From Bacteroidia bacterium (GTDB taxonomy: Bacteria; Bacteroidota; Bacteroidia; UKL13-3), in assembly GCA_044337585.1 (NCBI GenBank), contig JBIINH010000002.1:1212-65211 (forward strand): DNA of 64,000 nucleotides. The letters run 5' to 3'. A program made the translations under genes and the position numbers. Positions 18,250 through 27,088 of this stretch are shown here, in pieces. Numbering within the stretch: position 1 is the first letter of the stretch; each line of letters begins with the position of its first letter. The notes below the pieces were generated by a model, which was not told the DNA's origin, did not search any database, and was given only the letters and a program-made list of their open reading frames with translations.

Positions 18250-20835
18250 TTACTCTGCCAAAGCCTTCAATATATTATCATAGGTCAATATTTTTCCCTG
18301 TAGCGATGCTTTGATAGTTTCATCTTTTTTATTCTTTTTTAACAGTTCTTGAACAGCAGCTTTGTTTTGTTCAGTTTCCGTTTTTAATAATTTGTAGAAT
18401 CCTGATGTTAGGTAACTATAGTAATTATTGCCACGTTTTTGTGTATTTAGATATGTAATGGCTTCCAGTTGCAATTCGGGTTGTTGTTTTAAAAGGTAGT
18501 CGCCAAAATATTTTAACGTATAAGGCCAATGTTTATCTTTTATATTGGTAATGCGTTTAAAAAAGTCATAATGTGAAGGACTTATATCTTCAGCATACAA
18601 GTTAGCCAAAGCCCATACTACAGAACTGTTGTTATTGGATTCATTTGCTTTGGCAAACCTCAACGCATCAGTAGTATCAAGTTCGTATAAATAGGAAAGC
18701 GACTTCGCCATCACCCGATAGGATGAATCATTTAAACCGTTGCGAAAAGTAGTTTCATATTCCTTTTTAATATACGTACCCAGTATGTCAATAGCTAATG
18801 AACGGTTGTATGCATTCCAATCAGTTTTAGCTAACTTTTCGGTAAGTCCCAGCACATTTTCAGAAGGACGAATCGTAAGGTCAGTTATTACATTCAATGC
18901 AATTTGCCGATTTAAGTAAAATGTGTCTGTTAATAACCTTGATAAGGTAAGGTCCAACATTTTCTCTGATGTATCAGCAGAAATATTGTTATTCAACTCC
19001 TCTAATGCAATTTTCCTATTGATCAACAAATCGGCATTATTGGCTTGGTGATACCACATTTCAAAAGGTTTTGACTCTTCTATATTTGCAGGTAAAATTT
19101 TGTCGGCATCAAAAATACTGTTGTAAATAATTTCGTTTGATTCAATGGTAAAGGCTTGTTTTGTTTTATCTATAACAATATTTGTTCTTTTCAATCCACC
19201 TGACGTATGTAATTCTATAGTTAGGGGAAGCGTGAAAGCTCCATGTAATATCGTATCTTGTTTTTGTTCAACTAATATAGTGATTGACCGTTTATTGTCT
19301 GCAAGCTTATGTGATATAACCAAATCGGGATGGCCGGTATTAAAATACCACTGATTGAAGAACCAATTCAGGTCTCGTCCGGTTACCTCTTCTGCAACCA
19401 ATCTTAAGTCATGTATTTCAGCGGTTCCAAAACGATATTTGGTAAGGTAATTTTTCAAGATTGTAAAAAAAGCTTCATCGCCAACTGAATACCTTAACAT
19501 ATGAAGTATCAATCCACCTTTTTGGTAGCTTACTACATCAAATACATCATTAGGAGATTTGAAATGTGGTCTGAATAATGATACATCGTGCTTCTTTCGC
19601 TGAAACAAATAGGCGTCAAGGTTGTTCGAAAACTCATAATCAGCCATATCTCTGCCATATTCCCATTCATTCCACAAATATTCTCCGTACGTAGCAAATG
19701 ATTCATTAAGGGAAATGTTATTCCAAGATTCGCAGGTTACCAAATCGCCAAACCAATGGTGAAACAATTCATGTGCAATAATGTCTTCATGTGTATTATC
19801 TAAATGCTCACGATAATTATGTTGCACTGCATCATAATGAATAACTGCGCTGGTATTTTCCATTGCACCACTCACAAAATCTCTAACTACCACTTGGCTG
19901 TATTTCTCCCAAGGATAATCAACGCCCAATCTCTTCGAAAAGCATTCCATCATTTTTGGGGTTTTGCCAAATATCAATTTAGCATAAGGATGGTATTCTT
20001 TCTCTAAGTAATAATTTACTTCTACATTATCGCGCCAATAATCTTTGGTGATATTAAACTCACCTATTGCCATCATCACAAGGTATGGAGCATGCGGCAA
20101 ATTTTGTTTCCAATAGTCGGTGCGTGTTCCATTGTTATTTTCTTTGCTCCAAATTAGTTCCCCATTTGACAAGGTAGTCTCTGTATTTTCTACAGTGATA
20201 TAAATTTCTTGGGTAATTTTTTGGTTAGGCTTATCAATTACAGGAAACCAACCAGAGTTGCATTCGGGTTCGCCTTGGGTCCATATTTGTCGTGGTTTAT
20301 TGGGAACCTGTTTTAGTGGATTGATAAAGTAAAGTCCCTTGCTATCACTAATTGCTTGGCTTCCTTTTTCAGTTATTCTGTTTGGATGTGCGATATAATC
20401 AATGAAAATATTGGCAACTTCGCCTTTAGTTAATATTTTGTTTAAGGTTATCGTAATCTTTGAAGAGTCATAGCTATATTTTAATAAAACAGTGTCATTT
20501 CCAATGATTTGTCCAACCTTGTTTAAAGCAAATTTTCTGGCATCAAATACCAATATATTGGTAGGGTAAAAATGTGGTTCGATGGTTAATAATGCCTTTC
20601 CAAACACGCGCTGGTTTGTGTAATCAAAAGAAACATGCAATTCTATATGCTTCATTTTTACATCCAAAGAAGCAGTAGGTATTTGCGCCATACTTTTTTC
20701 TTTCAATGTTTTGCTTGGAGCTGAAACAGTAACTTCAGTTAAATTAGTTGAAACAGGCTTTTTGCCCGACCCACATGCTAAAGTTCCTGATATGATGAAG
20801 ACTAAGATAAAAATTCGCATAAATGTAAAGCTCAT
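18250..20835 (-). CDS. M1-family aminopeptidase (aminopeptidase N-like) with C-terminal HEAT/ARM-like extension
   Basis: GAMEN exopeptidase motif (VSGAMENTSAV) and zincin HEXXH-18-E (IIAHELFHHWFGDLVT...E); lipoprotein-like N-terminus; 861 aa. Confidence 0.85.
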   Translation of the reverse strand: MSFTFMRIFILVFIISGTLACGSGKKPVSTNLTEVTVSAPSKTLKEKSMAQIPTASLDVKMKHIELHVSFDYTNQRVFGKALLTIEPHFYPTNILVFDARKFALNKVGQIIGNDTVLLKYSYDSSKITITLNKILTKGEVANIFIDYIAHPNRITEKGSQAISDSKGLYFINPLKQVPNKPRQIWTQGEPECNSGWFPVIDKPNQKITQEIYITVENTETTLSNGELIWSKENNNGTRTDYWKQNLPHAPYLVMMAIGEFNITKDYWRDNVEVNYYLEKEYHPYAKLIFGKTPKMMECFSKRLGVDYPWEKYSQVVVRDFVSGAMENTSAVIHYDAVQHNYREHLDNTHEDIIAHELFHHWFGDLVTCESWNNISLNESFATYGEYLWNEWEYGRDMADYEFSNNLDAYLFQRKKHDVSLFRPHFKSPNDVFDVVSYQKGGLILHMLRYSVGDEAFFTILKNYLTKYRFGTAEIHDLRLVAEEVTGRDLNWFFNQWYFNTGHPDLVISHKLADNKRSITILVEQKQDTILHGAFTLPLTIELHTSGGLKRTNIVIDKTKQAFTIESNEIIYNSIFDADKILPANIEESKPFEMWYHQANNADLLINRKIALEELNNNISADTSEKMLDLTLSRLLTDTFYLNRQIALNVITDLTIRPSENVLGLTEKLAKTDWNAYNRSLAIDILGTYIKKEYETTFRNGLNDSSYRVMAKSLSYLYELDTTDALRFAKANESNNNSSVVWALANLYAEDISPSHYDFFKRITNIKDKHWPYTLKYFGDYLLKQQPELQLEAITYLNTQKRGNNYYSYLTSGFYKLLKTETEQNKAAVQELLKKNKKDETIKASLQGKILTYDNILKALAE

Positions 20836-20908
20836 ATAACAGATTGGTAATGCCGATTATTTGGTGTTGTTTTGCACTGCAATAAATTAAAAAAATCGTT
20901 AGTAACAT

Positions 20909-21409
20909 ATGTATACTATAAAATTAAACGATAGATTGTCGGTAAAGGTGCACCAAAAAAACGGAAAATGGGAAGTGAATGGGCTTACACAGCAAACCGA
21001 TATTGTAAAAATTAGCGAGCATAGATTTCATGTGTTATTAAACAATCGTTCGTTTGAAATTGAGCTTTTGTCGAAAGATTATTCTAACAAACAGCTTGAT
21101 TTAGTGATTAATGGCAAACGCAAAAAAATAGTTTTTGAATCGGAAATGGACGCCTTACTAAAAAGTATGGGTTTAGATAAAGCTATGACGGTGAAGAACA
21201 ATGATGTGAAAGCACCAATGCCAGGATTGGTATTAAAAATTCTAGTGAACGAAGGTCAAGAAGTAAAGAAAGGCGATGGACTCCTAGTTTTAGAGGCTAT
21301 GAAAATGGAGAATATCCTCAAATCTCATACAGATGGCAGTATTAAAAAAATTCATATTGCGGAGAAAACAGCCGTTGAGAAAAACCAAATTTTATTCGAA
21401 CTAAACTAA
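20909..21409 (+). CDS. Biotin carboxyl carrier protein / biotin-requiring domain protein
   Basis: C-terminal biotinyl domain with the EAMKMEN biotinylation motif; 166 aa. Confidence 0.75.
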   Translation: MYTIKLNDRLSVKVHQKNGKWEVNGLTQQTDIVKISEHRFHVLLNNRSFEIELLSKDYSNKQLDLVINGKRKKIVFESEMDALLKSMGLDKAMTVKNNDVKAPMPGLVLKILVNEGQEVKKGDGLLVLEAMKMENILKSHTDGSIKKIHIAEKTAVEKNQILFELN

Positions 21410-21419
21410 GCAAACATCT

Positions 21420-22226
21420 GTGGCATTTAGAGATACCCAATCAAACATTATTTTAAAGACACCCGAGCAAATTGAGGGAATTAGACTTAGTTCTAAACTA
21501 GCGGGACAAACCCTAAATGTAGTATCACCCTATATTAAACCTGGAGTTACCACCGAGTTTCTAAACAAAATATGTGCTGATTTTATTCGCGATAACCATG
21601 CAAAAGCAGCTACACTTGGGTATCATGGGTATCCAAAAGAATCTTGTATATCGGTTAATGATGTAATTTGTCATGGCATACCAGGAAGTTATGAATTGCG
21701 TGATGGTGATATTGTAAACGTAGACGTAACAACAATTTTAAAAGGATTTTATGGTGATACCAGCAAGACTTTTGCCGTAGGCGAGATAAGCGAACACGCA
21801 AAAAAGTTAGTAGAGGTTACCAAGGAGTGTCTTCGTATTGGTATTGCACAAAGTATTGCAGGAAATAGGGTTGGCGATATTGGTTACCATATTAACAAAT
21901 ATGCAACCTCGTTTGGCTACAGCACGGTCTACGAATTTTGCGGACATGGAATTGGGCTCAAGTTTCACGAAGAGCCTGAGATTTGTCATGTGGATGAAAA
22001 GGGAAGAGGCGCACAGCTAAAACCAGGAATGACTTTTACTATCGAGCCAATGATTAATGCTGGCAAAGCTAGGGCCAAAGTGGATAAGAAAGATGGATGG
22101 ACAGCCCGAACCATCGATGGTAAATTATCAGCTCAATTTGAGCACACCATATTGGTAACAACAACTTTTCCTGAAGTTTTAACAGATGTTGATAGTGAAT
22201 ACCCTGTTCCTCAATCCGTGTTTTAA
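21420..22226 (+). CDS. map: Type I methionine aminopeptidase
   Basis: Pita-bread fold motifs (DGDIVNVDVT, FCGHGIG, metal ligands); GTG start; 268 aa. Confidence 0.85.
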   Translation: MAFRDTQSNIILKTPEQIEGIRLSSKLAGQTLNVVSPYIKPGVTTEFLNKICADFIRDNHAKAATLGYHGYPKESCISVNDVICHGIPGSYELRDGDIVNVDVTTILKGFYGDTSKTFAVGEISEHAKKLVEVTKECLRIGIAQSIAGNRVGDIGYHINKYATSFGYSTVYEFCGHGIGLKFHEEPEICHVDEKGRGAQLKPGMTFTIEPMINAGKARAKVDKKDGWTARTIDGKLSAQFEHTILVTTTFPEVLTDVDSEYPVPQSVF

Positions 22227-23002
22227 TGCACACACGGAAGCAATGCCGACTGAAACACAAATCTAATTTTATTATTGCTTTGAAGTTGCTGTTGGGTAAA
22301 TCCTATTTTAGGAACCTGAGCAGCTATAATGATTTTTTGGGTAGCAACCCCAAAGTCTTTTTGCAATGTTTTATTAATTACTTGCGCTCTAGTTGTATTC
22401 CAAATCCATATGTCATCATGTTTGTCTTTAATTGATGTAGCAGAATCAGTCATTGAAATGACTTGTAATGAAAGGTCAGGGTGCTTGCTTAAAACTTCAG
22501 ATATTAGTTTACAAACAGCATTATACGAAGGCTCTGGTTTGGTGGTTCCTTGTTGAAACAGCACTTTGTCGGCAATTTCTAAAACAAAAAAACTACAACC
22601 ATTATAGGCGCTCATTTTGTCAGAGCCCAAGTTTAATAATTGAAAATTTGTAAATATTGCCCTAGATAGTTTCTGGAATGCCTCGCGCTCATCTTCAGAC
22701 CTTGCGCGCATGTCGGCAATTTGCGCCTCCCTGTTTTCTATTTCTTTTTTTCTAAAATTAAGCGAATCTTCTTTTTCTTTTAATCTGTTATTATAGGCTT
22801 GCTCAATACTTGCACTATTATCAGAGAGATAAGCATTTTCTTCATTTAGTTTTGCAATGCGTTTTTCCAATAAAAGACTATCGGCTCTCATGCCTTCGAT
22901 ATGTTGCTGAAGTGCAATTATCTGGTTTTTTTGCGAAGCACAGCCCCATGTAAGAAACGCAGTTATTATGATGATTAGACAAGAATTCTTCACGGCAGGC
23001 AA
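22223..23002 (-). CDS. OmpA-family lipoprotein with N-terminal coiled coil
   Basis: Lipobox LTWGCASQ; heptad-rich region; C-terminal OmpA-like peptidoglycan-binding region (VLFQQGTTKPEPSY...ISMTDS...IWIWNTTRAQVINKTL...GVATQKIIIAAQ). Confidence 0.65.
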   Translation of the reverse strand: MPAVKNSCLIIIITAFLTWGCASQKNQIIALQQHIEGMRADSLLLEKRIAKLNEENAYLSDNSASIEQAYNNRLKEKEDSLNFRKKEIENREAQIADMRARSEDEREAFQKLSRAIFTNFQLLNLGSDKMSAYNGCSFFVLEIADKVLFQQGTTKPEPSYNAVCKLISEVLSKHPDLSLQVISMTDSATSIKDKHDDIWIWNTTRAQVINKTLQKDFGVATQKIIIAAQVPKIGFTQQQLQSNNKIRFVFQSALLPCVH

Positions 23003-23092
23003 ATATGCGTAATTTCATGTAAGCTTCAATGTGATAGATATAATTTATCACTTATGTAAAAATATCGTTACAAGTATATATTTGCCCCAATA

Positions 23093-24007
23093 ATGAAATA
23101 CTACAACCACAAAAAAAACTTTCTCGGTATTACCGATGATAATCTCTGTAATTATAAGAATTCTACATTTGTCATTCAGTCAGCGCCTTATGAATACACT
23201 TCGTCATACTTAAGTGGTTCCAACAAGGGTCCACAAGCTATTATTGAGGCCTCTCATTATGTAGAATTTTATGATGAAGAGTTGGGGCAAGAAACCTACA
23301 AACGAGTAGGTGGTATTTGTACCCTACAACCAATGGAGTTTAAGAAGAAAGTAGATGCAAATGCCATCAAACTGATTGTAAAAGAAACCTGTAAACTTCT
23401 TGCTGATAAGAAAATACCTGTTACACTTGGTGCTGAACATACCATTACTTATGGCACGGTGATGGCTGTTAAAGAAGCACATCCCGATGTTTGTTTGTTG
23501 CAAATAGATGCACATTCTGATTTACGTGAAGCCTATCAAGGAAATCCATACTCACACGCAAGTGTCATGAAACGTGTGCATGATGCCGGTATTCCTATCA
23601 CCCAAATTGGTATTCGCGCGCAATGCATTGAAGAAGCTGAACTCATTAAATCCGCCCCAAACATTCACACCTTTTATGCACATCAAGTGCGCAACAATGC
23701 CAATTGGGCAGACGAAGCATTGAAAACCTTAGGCAAAAAAGTATACATCACCATTGATGCAGACGGGTTCGACCCATCTATTGTTCCTGCTGTAGGTACT
23801 GCCGAACCCAATGGATTATTATGGAATGAAACCTGCCAATTTTTAAAGCGTGTAGCAGAAAAATGTGAGGTAGTTGGGTTTGATATTGTAGAGATTGCAC
23901 CACGAAAAGGTGATATTTTAGCCGAATATACCATGGCTAAACTGCTATATAAACTTATTGGATACATCTCAATTGCTAATAAAACTAAAAATGGAACTAA
24001 CAAGTAG
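23093..24007 (+). CDS. Arginase/agmatinase/formiminoglutamase family hydrolase (agmatinase-like)
   Basis: Mn-binding motifs GAEHTIT, QIDAHSDLRE, TIDADGFDPS; 304 aa. A TATATTTG -7-like box lies at 23077-23084. Confidence 0.75.
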   Translation: MKYYNHKKNFLGITDDNLCNYKNSTFVIQSAPYEYTSSYLSGSNKGPQAIIEASHYVEFYDEELGQETYKRVGGICTLQPMEFKKKVDANAIKLIVKETCKLLADKKIPVTLGAEHTITYGTVMAVKEAHPDVCLLQIDAHSDLREAYQGNPYSHASVMKRVHDAGIPITQIGIRAQCIEEAELIKSAPNIHTFYAHQVRNNANWADEALKTLGKKVYITIDADGFDPSIVPAVGTAEPNGLLWNETCQFLKRVAEKCEVVGFDIVEIAPRKGDILAEYTMAKLLYKLIGYISIANKTKNGTNK

Positions 24008-25136
24008 AATCTATTTGGATAATGCTGCAACAACTCCAATAGCAAAGGAAGTTGCTGATGTAATGTGTGATATGCTGCGCGATGATTTTGGAAATCCATC
24101 ATCCATTCACTCACATGGAAGGGTTACTCGAACTAAAATAGAAGAGTCAAGAAGAACAGTTGCCAAACTTTTAGGCTGCACACCAGGTGAAATCATTTTC
24201 ACTTCAGGTGGAACAGAAGCTGATAATATGGCTTTGCGTATGTCGGTTGAGGTGCTTGGCGTAAAAAATATCATCACATCAGCTATAGAGCATCATGCAG
24301 TGTTGCATACAGCCGAAGAGTTACATAAGCAAGGTAAAGTAAACCTGCATTTTGTGAACTTACTCCCCAACGGACATATCGATTTGCAACATCTGGAGCA
24401 GTTGCTCAAAGATCATGACCATGCATTGGTTTCATTGATGCATGCCAATAATGAAATTGGCAATATGATTGACCTTGATGTGGTGGGTAATTTATGCAAG
24501 CAATACAATGCCTTATTCCATACCGATACTGTTCAAACCATCGGACATTTTGCAATTGATTTGAGTAAGTTGAATATTGATTTTTTGGCAGCCGGAGCAC
24601 ATAAGTTTAATGGGCCTAAAGGTGTTGGGTTTATTTACATCAATGCAAAAAATAAGATTTCACCATACATTACTGGCGGAGCTCAAGAGCGCAACATGCG
24701 TGGCGGCACCGAAAATGTGTATGGAATTGTTGGATTAGCAAAAGCTCTCGAAATAAGCTACGCTAATATTGAGGCAGAACATAACCATATTGGAGAGTTA
24801 AAATTTTACATGATCAATAGACTTAAAGAAACCATTCCTGGAATCCTTTTTAATGGCGACTATGAAAACCGCTCATCTTACACTGTATTAAATGCATCTT
24901 TTCCACCACACAAAGTTAACGAAATGTTACTTTTCAAACTCGATATAGCTGGCATTTCAGTATCAGGTGGCAGTGCATGTTCATCGGGTTCAGATGTGGG
25001 TTCACATGTACTTTCTGCTCTAGGTGTAGATTCTGCAAGGGCTGCAGTAAGGTTTTCATTCGGTAAGCAAAATACCTTACAAGAGATTGATAAAGTCATT
25101 AATATACTTCAAGAAATTTTTACAATAACTAACTAA
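23991..25136 (+). CDS. Cysteine desulfurase (class V aminotransferase, NifS/IscS-like)
   Basis: IYLDNAATTP N-terminus; PLP-lysine region; active-site SGGSACSSGS; start taken at the internal ATG, giving a 17-bp overlap with the upstream gene. Confidence 0.8.
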   Translation: MELTSRIYLDNAATTPIAKEVADVMCDMLRDDFGNPSSIHSHGRVTRTKIEESRRTVAKLLGCTPGEIIFTSGGTEADNMALRMSVEVLGVKNIITSAIEHHAVLHTAEELHKQGKVNLHFVNLLPNGHIDLQHLEQLLKDHDHALVSLMHANNEIGNMIDLDVVGNLCKQYNALFHTDTVQTIGHFAIDLSKLNIDFLAAGAHKFNGPKGVGFIYINAKNKISPYITGGAQERNMRGGTENVYGIVGLAKALEISYANIEAEHNHIGELKFYMINRLKETIPGILFNGDYENRSSYTVLNASFPPHKVNEMLLFKLDIAGISVSGGSACSSGSDVGSHVLSALGVDSARAAVRFSFGKQNTLQEIDKVINILQEIFTITN

Positions 25137-25151
25137 TAAAAATTAAAAAAA

Positions 25152-26063
25152 ATGAGGAAAATCATTACAACAGCCTTGTTCTTTACAGCATTGTATAGCC
25201 AAGCGCAAACAGAAGAACCAACAGCAAAACCAATTGGCCCTTGGCAAAACGACCTACAAGTAGGTATTAACTTAAACCAGTCGAGCTTTAGCGACAACTG
25301 GAAAGCAGGAGGGGTGAACTCATCAGCCGCTACTGGATTTTTAAATGCAAAAGCATATTACAAAAAAGAGAAAACAACTTTTGAAAATGACCTGCAATTG
25401 CAATATGGAAATACCAGACTTCAAGCTAAAGGTTTACAAAAAAATGCCGATCGTATATTCTTGAATTCAAAATATGGTTACGATATCAGTAAGCATTGGA
25501 ACCTTTTTGCATCAGCCAACTTTATCTCACAGTTTGATGCAGGATACGAGTATTTTGATACAGGTAGTTTTTCTCAACGCAGGATATCAGATATTTTCTC
25601 ACCAGCTTACTTAACAGAAGCATTGGGACTTGAATACAAGCCTACAAGCTATTTTTCAGCACAGTTTGGACTTATTGGTTTGCGTCATTCCATTGTGTTA
25701 GATCAAGAGTTGTATAACAAATACAACTCAACAGAAGAAAAATACAATTTATTATATGGTGTAGAGCGTGGACAAAATATACGCACTCAAATGGTGGGAC
25801 AATTGGTCGTTAATTTTGATAAAGAAATTATGAAAAATTTATTCCTTAAAATGCGCTATCAAGGGGTTATGGATTATGAGCGAATCAATCATCAAGGCAT
25901 TGTGAGTCGCTTTGATGGTAGTATTGTTGCTAAAGTGAATAAGTTAATTACAGTAAACTTAACTGTAGCAGTATTGTATGATTATGACCAAGATAAAGAT
26001 ATACAATACTCACAAGTAATGTCAATTGGCTTATTATACCGGTTAACCAATATGGAGAAATAA
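25152..26063 (+). CDS. Hypothetical outer-membrane protein (DUF3078-like)
   Basis: Signal peptide ...ALYSQAQT; beta-strand-rich; ends in an aromatic-rich C-terminus. Confidence 0.5.
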   Translation: MRKIITTALFFTALYSQAQTEEPTAKPIGPWQNDLQVGINLNQSSFSDNWKAGGVNSSAATGFLNAKAYYKKEKTTFENDLQLQYGNTRLQAKGLQKNADRIFLNSKYGYDISKHWNLFASANFISQFDAGYEYFDTGSFSQRRISDIFSPAYLTEALGLEYKPTSYFSAQFGLIGLRHSIVLDQELYNKYNSTEEKYNLLYGVERGQNIRTQMVGQLVVNFDKEIMKNLFLKMRYQGVMDYERINHQGIVSRFDGSIVAKVNKLITVNLTVAVLYDYDQDKDIQYSQVMSIGLLYRLTNMEK

Positions 26064-26083
26064 GTTATATTCATATTTGAAAC

Positions 26084-26116
26084 AATAAGAGGGTAAAAAT
26101 TGCCCCTTATTGTTTG
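26084..26116 (+). terminator. Putative rho-independent terminator
   Basis: AATAAGAGGG-taaaaatt-CCCCTTATT imperfect hairpin followed by a T-rich tract, 20 bp after the stop. Confidence 0.4.
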
Positions 26117-26191
26117 GCACGATTTTTATCGCATTTAAATATATTTTAATATCATAAAAAAATTTTAACTTGCTTTAAATTTGAAAATCAA

Positions 26192-27034
26192 ATGAAACAA
26201 CTTGTATTTATCATTAGCTTTATTGCACTATCTGTACTAAACAGCTCTGCACAAGATAAAATGTATTTGCGTGGTCAAAAAGAGCCACTTAAAGTAAAAA
26301 TTATTGAGGTTGGTATTGATGAGATAAAGTACAAATTGTGGCCAGCAACAGAAAATGATTTTGTTAATGTAATCCTTAAGGATAGAGTTGAGAAAATCAT
26401 TTTACAATCGGGAGATGTATATTCATTTACGACCCTAGATCAAGATTTAAAAAATCCAGAAAATTTCACCCATCAAAAGGCAAATAATTTTAAAATAAGA
26501 CTTCTATCACCATTATATGGAGCCACAGCAATCAGTTACGAAAGAAACCTAAGACCCGGTCGTTCATTTGAAATAGGGGCAAACTTAGTTGGTTTAGGAT
26601 TTGATGTGATAGGTGATAATCCTAGTGGTCTTATGGTTCGTACAGGTATAAAGTTCATCAGTACACCTGATATGTATATGCGTAAAATGCGCTACACACA
26701 TAGGCTAAAGGGATTTTATCTGAAACCTGAGGTAGTTTTTGGTTCATTCAATGTCGATGTAATTGATTATACCTACACCTATAATCCTACATTAGGGTAT
26801 TTTACATCAACAGAAAACCGTACTCGTGAATCAATTACCTCTATGGCAGCATTGGTAAATGTTGGTTATCAATGGATATTGGATGATGCCGTAAGTATAG
26901 ATTGGTTTGTTGGATTGGGTTATGGATTTAGCAATAATGGAGAATATGGAAGACACTACGCATTTGTAGGAGCTATCGAAGAATTTCCAATCGCATTTTC
27001 AAGTGGATTTCTTATCGGCATACTTGCCAAATAA
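26192..27034 (+). CDS. Hypothetical outer-membrane beta-barrel-like protein
   Basis: Signal peptide MKQLVFIISFIALSVLNSSAQ; Gly/aromatic-rich alternating pattern; 280 aa. Confidence 0.5.
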   Translation: MKQLVFIISFIALSVLNSSAQDKMYLRGQKEPLKVKIIEVGIDEIKYKLWPATENDFVNVILKDRVEKIILQSGDVYSFTTLDQDLKNPENFTHQKANNFKIRLLSPLYGATAISYERNLRPGRSFEIGANLVGLGFDVIGDNPSGLMVRTGIKFISTPDMYMRKMRYTHRLKGFYLKPEVVFGSFNVDVIDYTYTYNPTLGYFTSTENRTRESITSMAALVNVGYQWILDDAVSIDWFVGLGYGFSNNGEYGRHYAFVGAIEEFPIAFSSGFLIGILAK

Positions 27035-27088
27035 CTGTTGTTGATATCTAAACTTTACTGCCTGTAATTACTTGTGTAATTTCGACAG

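Noticed and set aside
23077-23084. TATATTTG -7-like box upstream of the agmatinase-like gene
   Set aside because: It sits only 8 bp before the annotated ATG, too close for a standard leader unless the real start is further downstream. Left unassigned.
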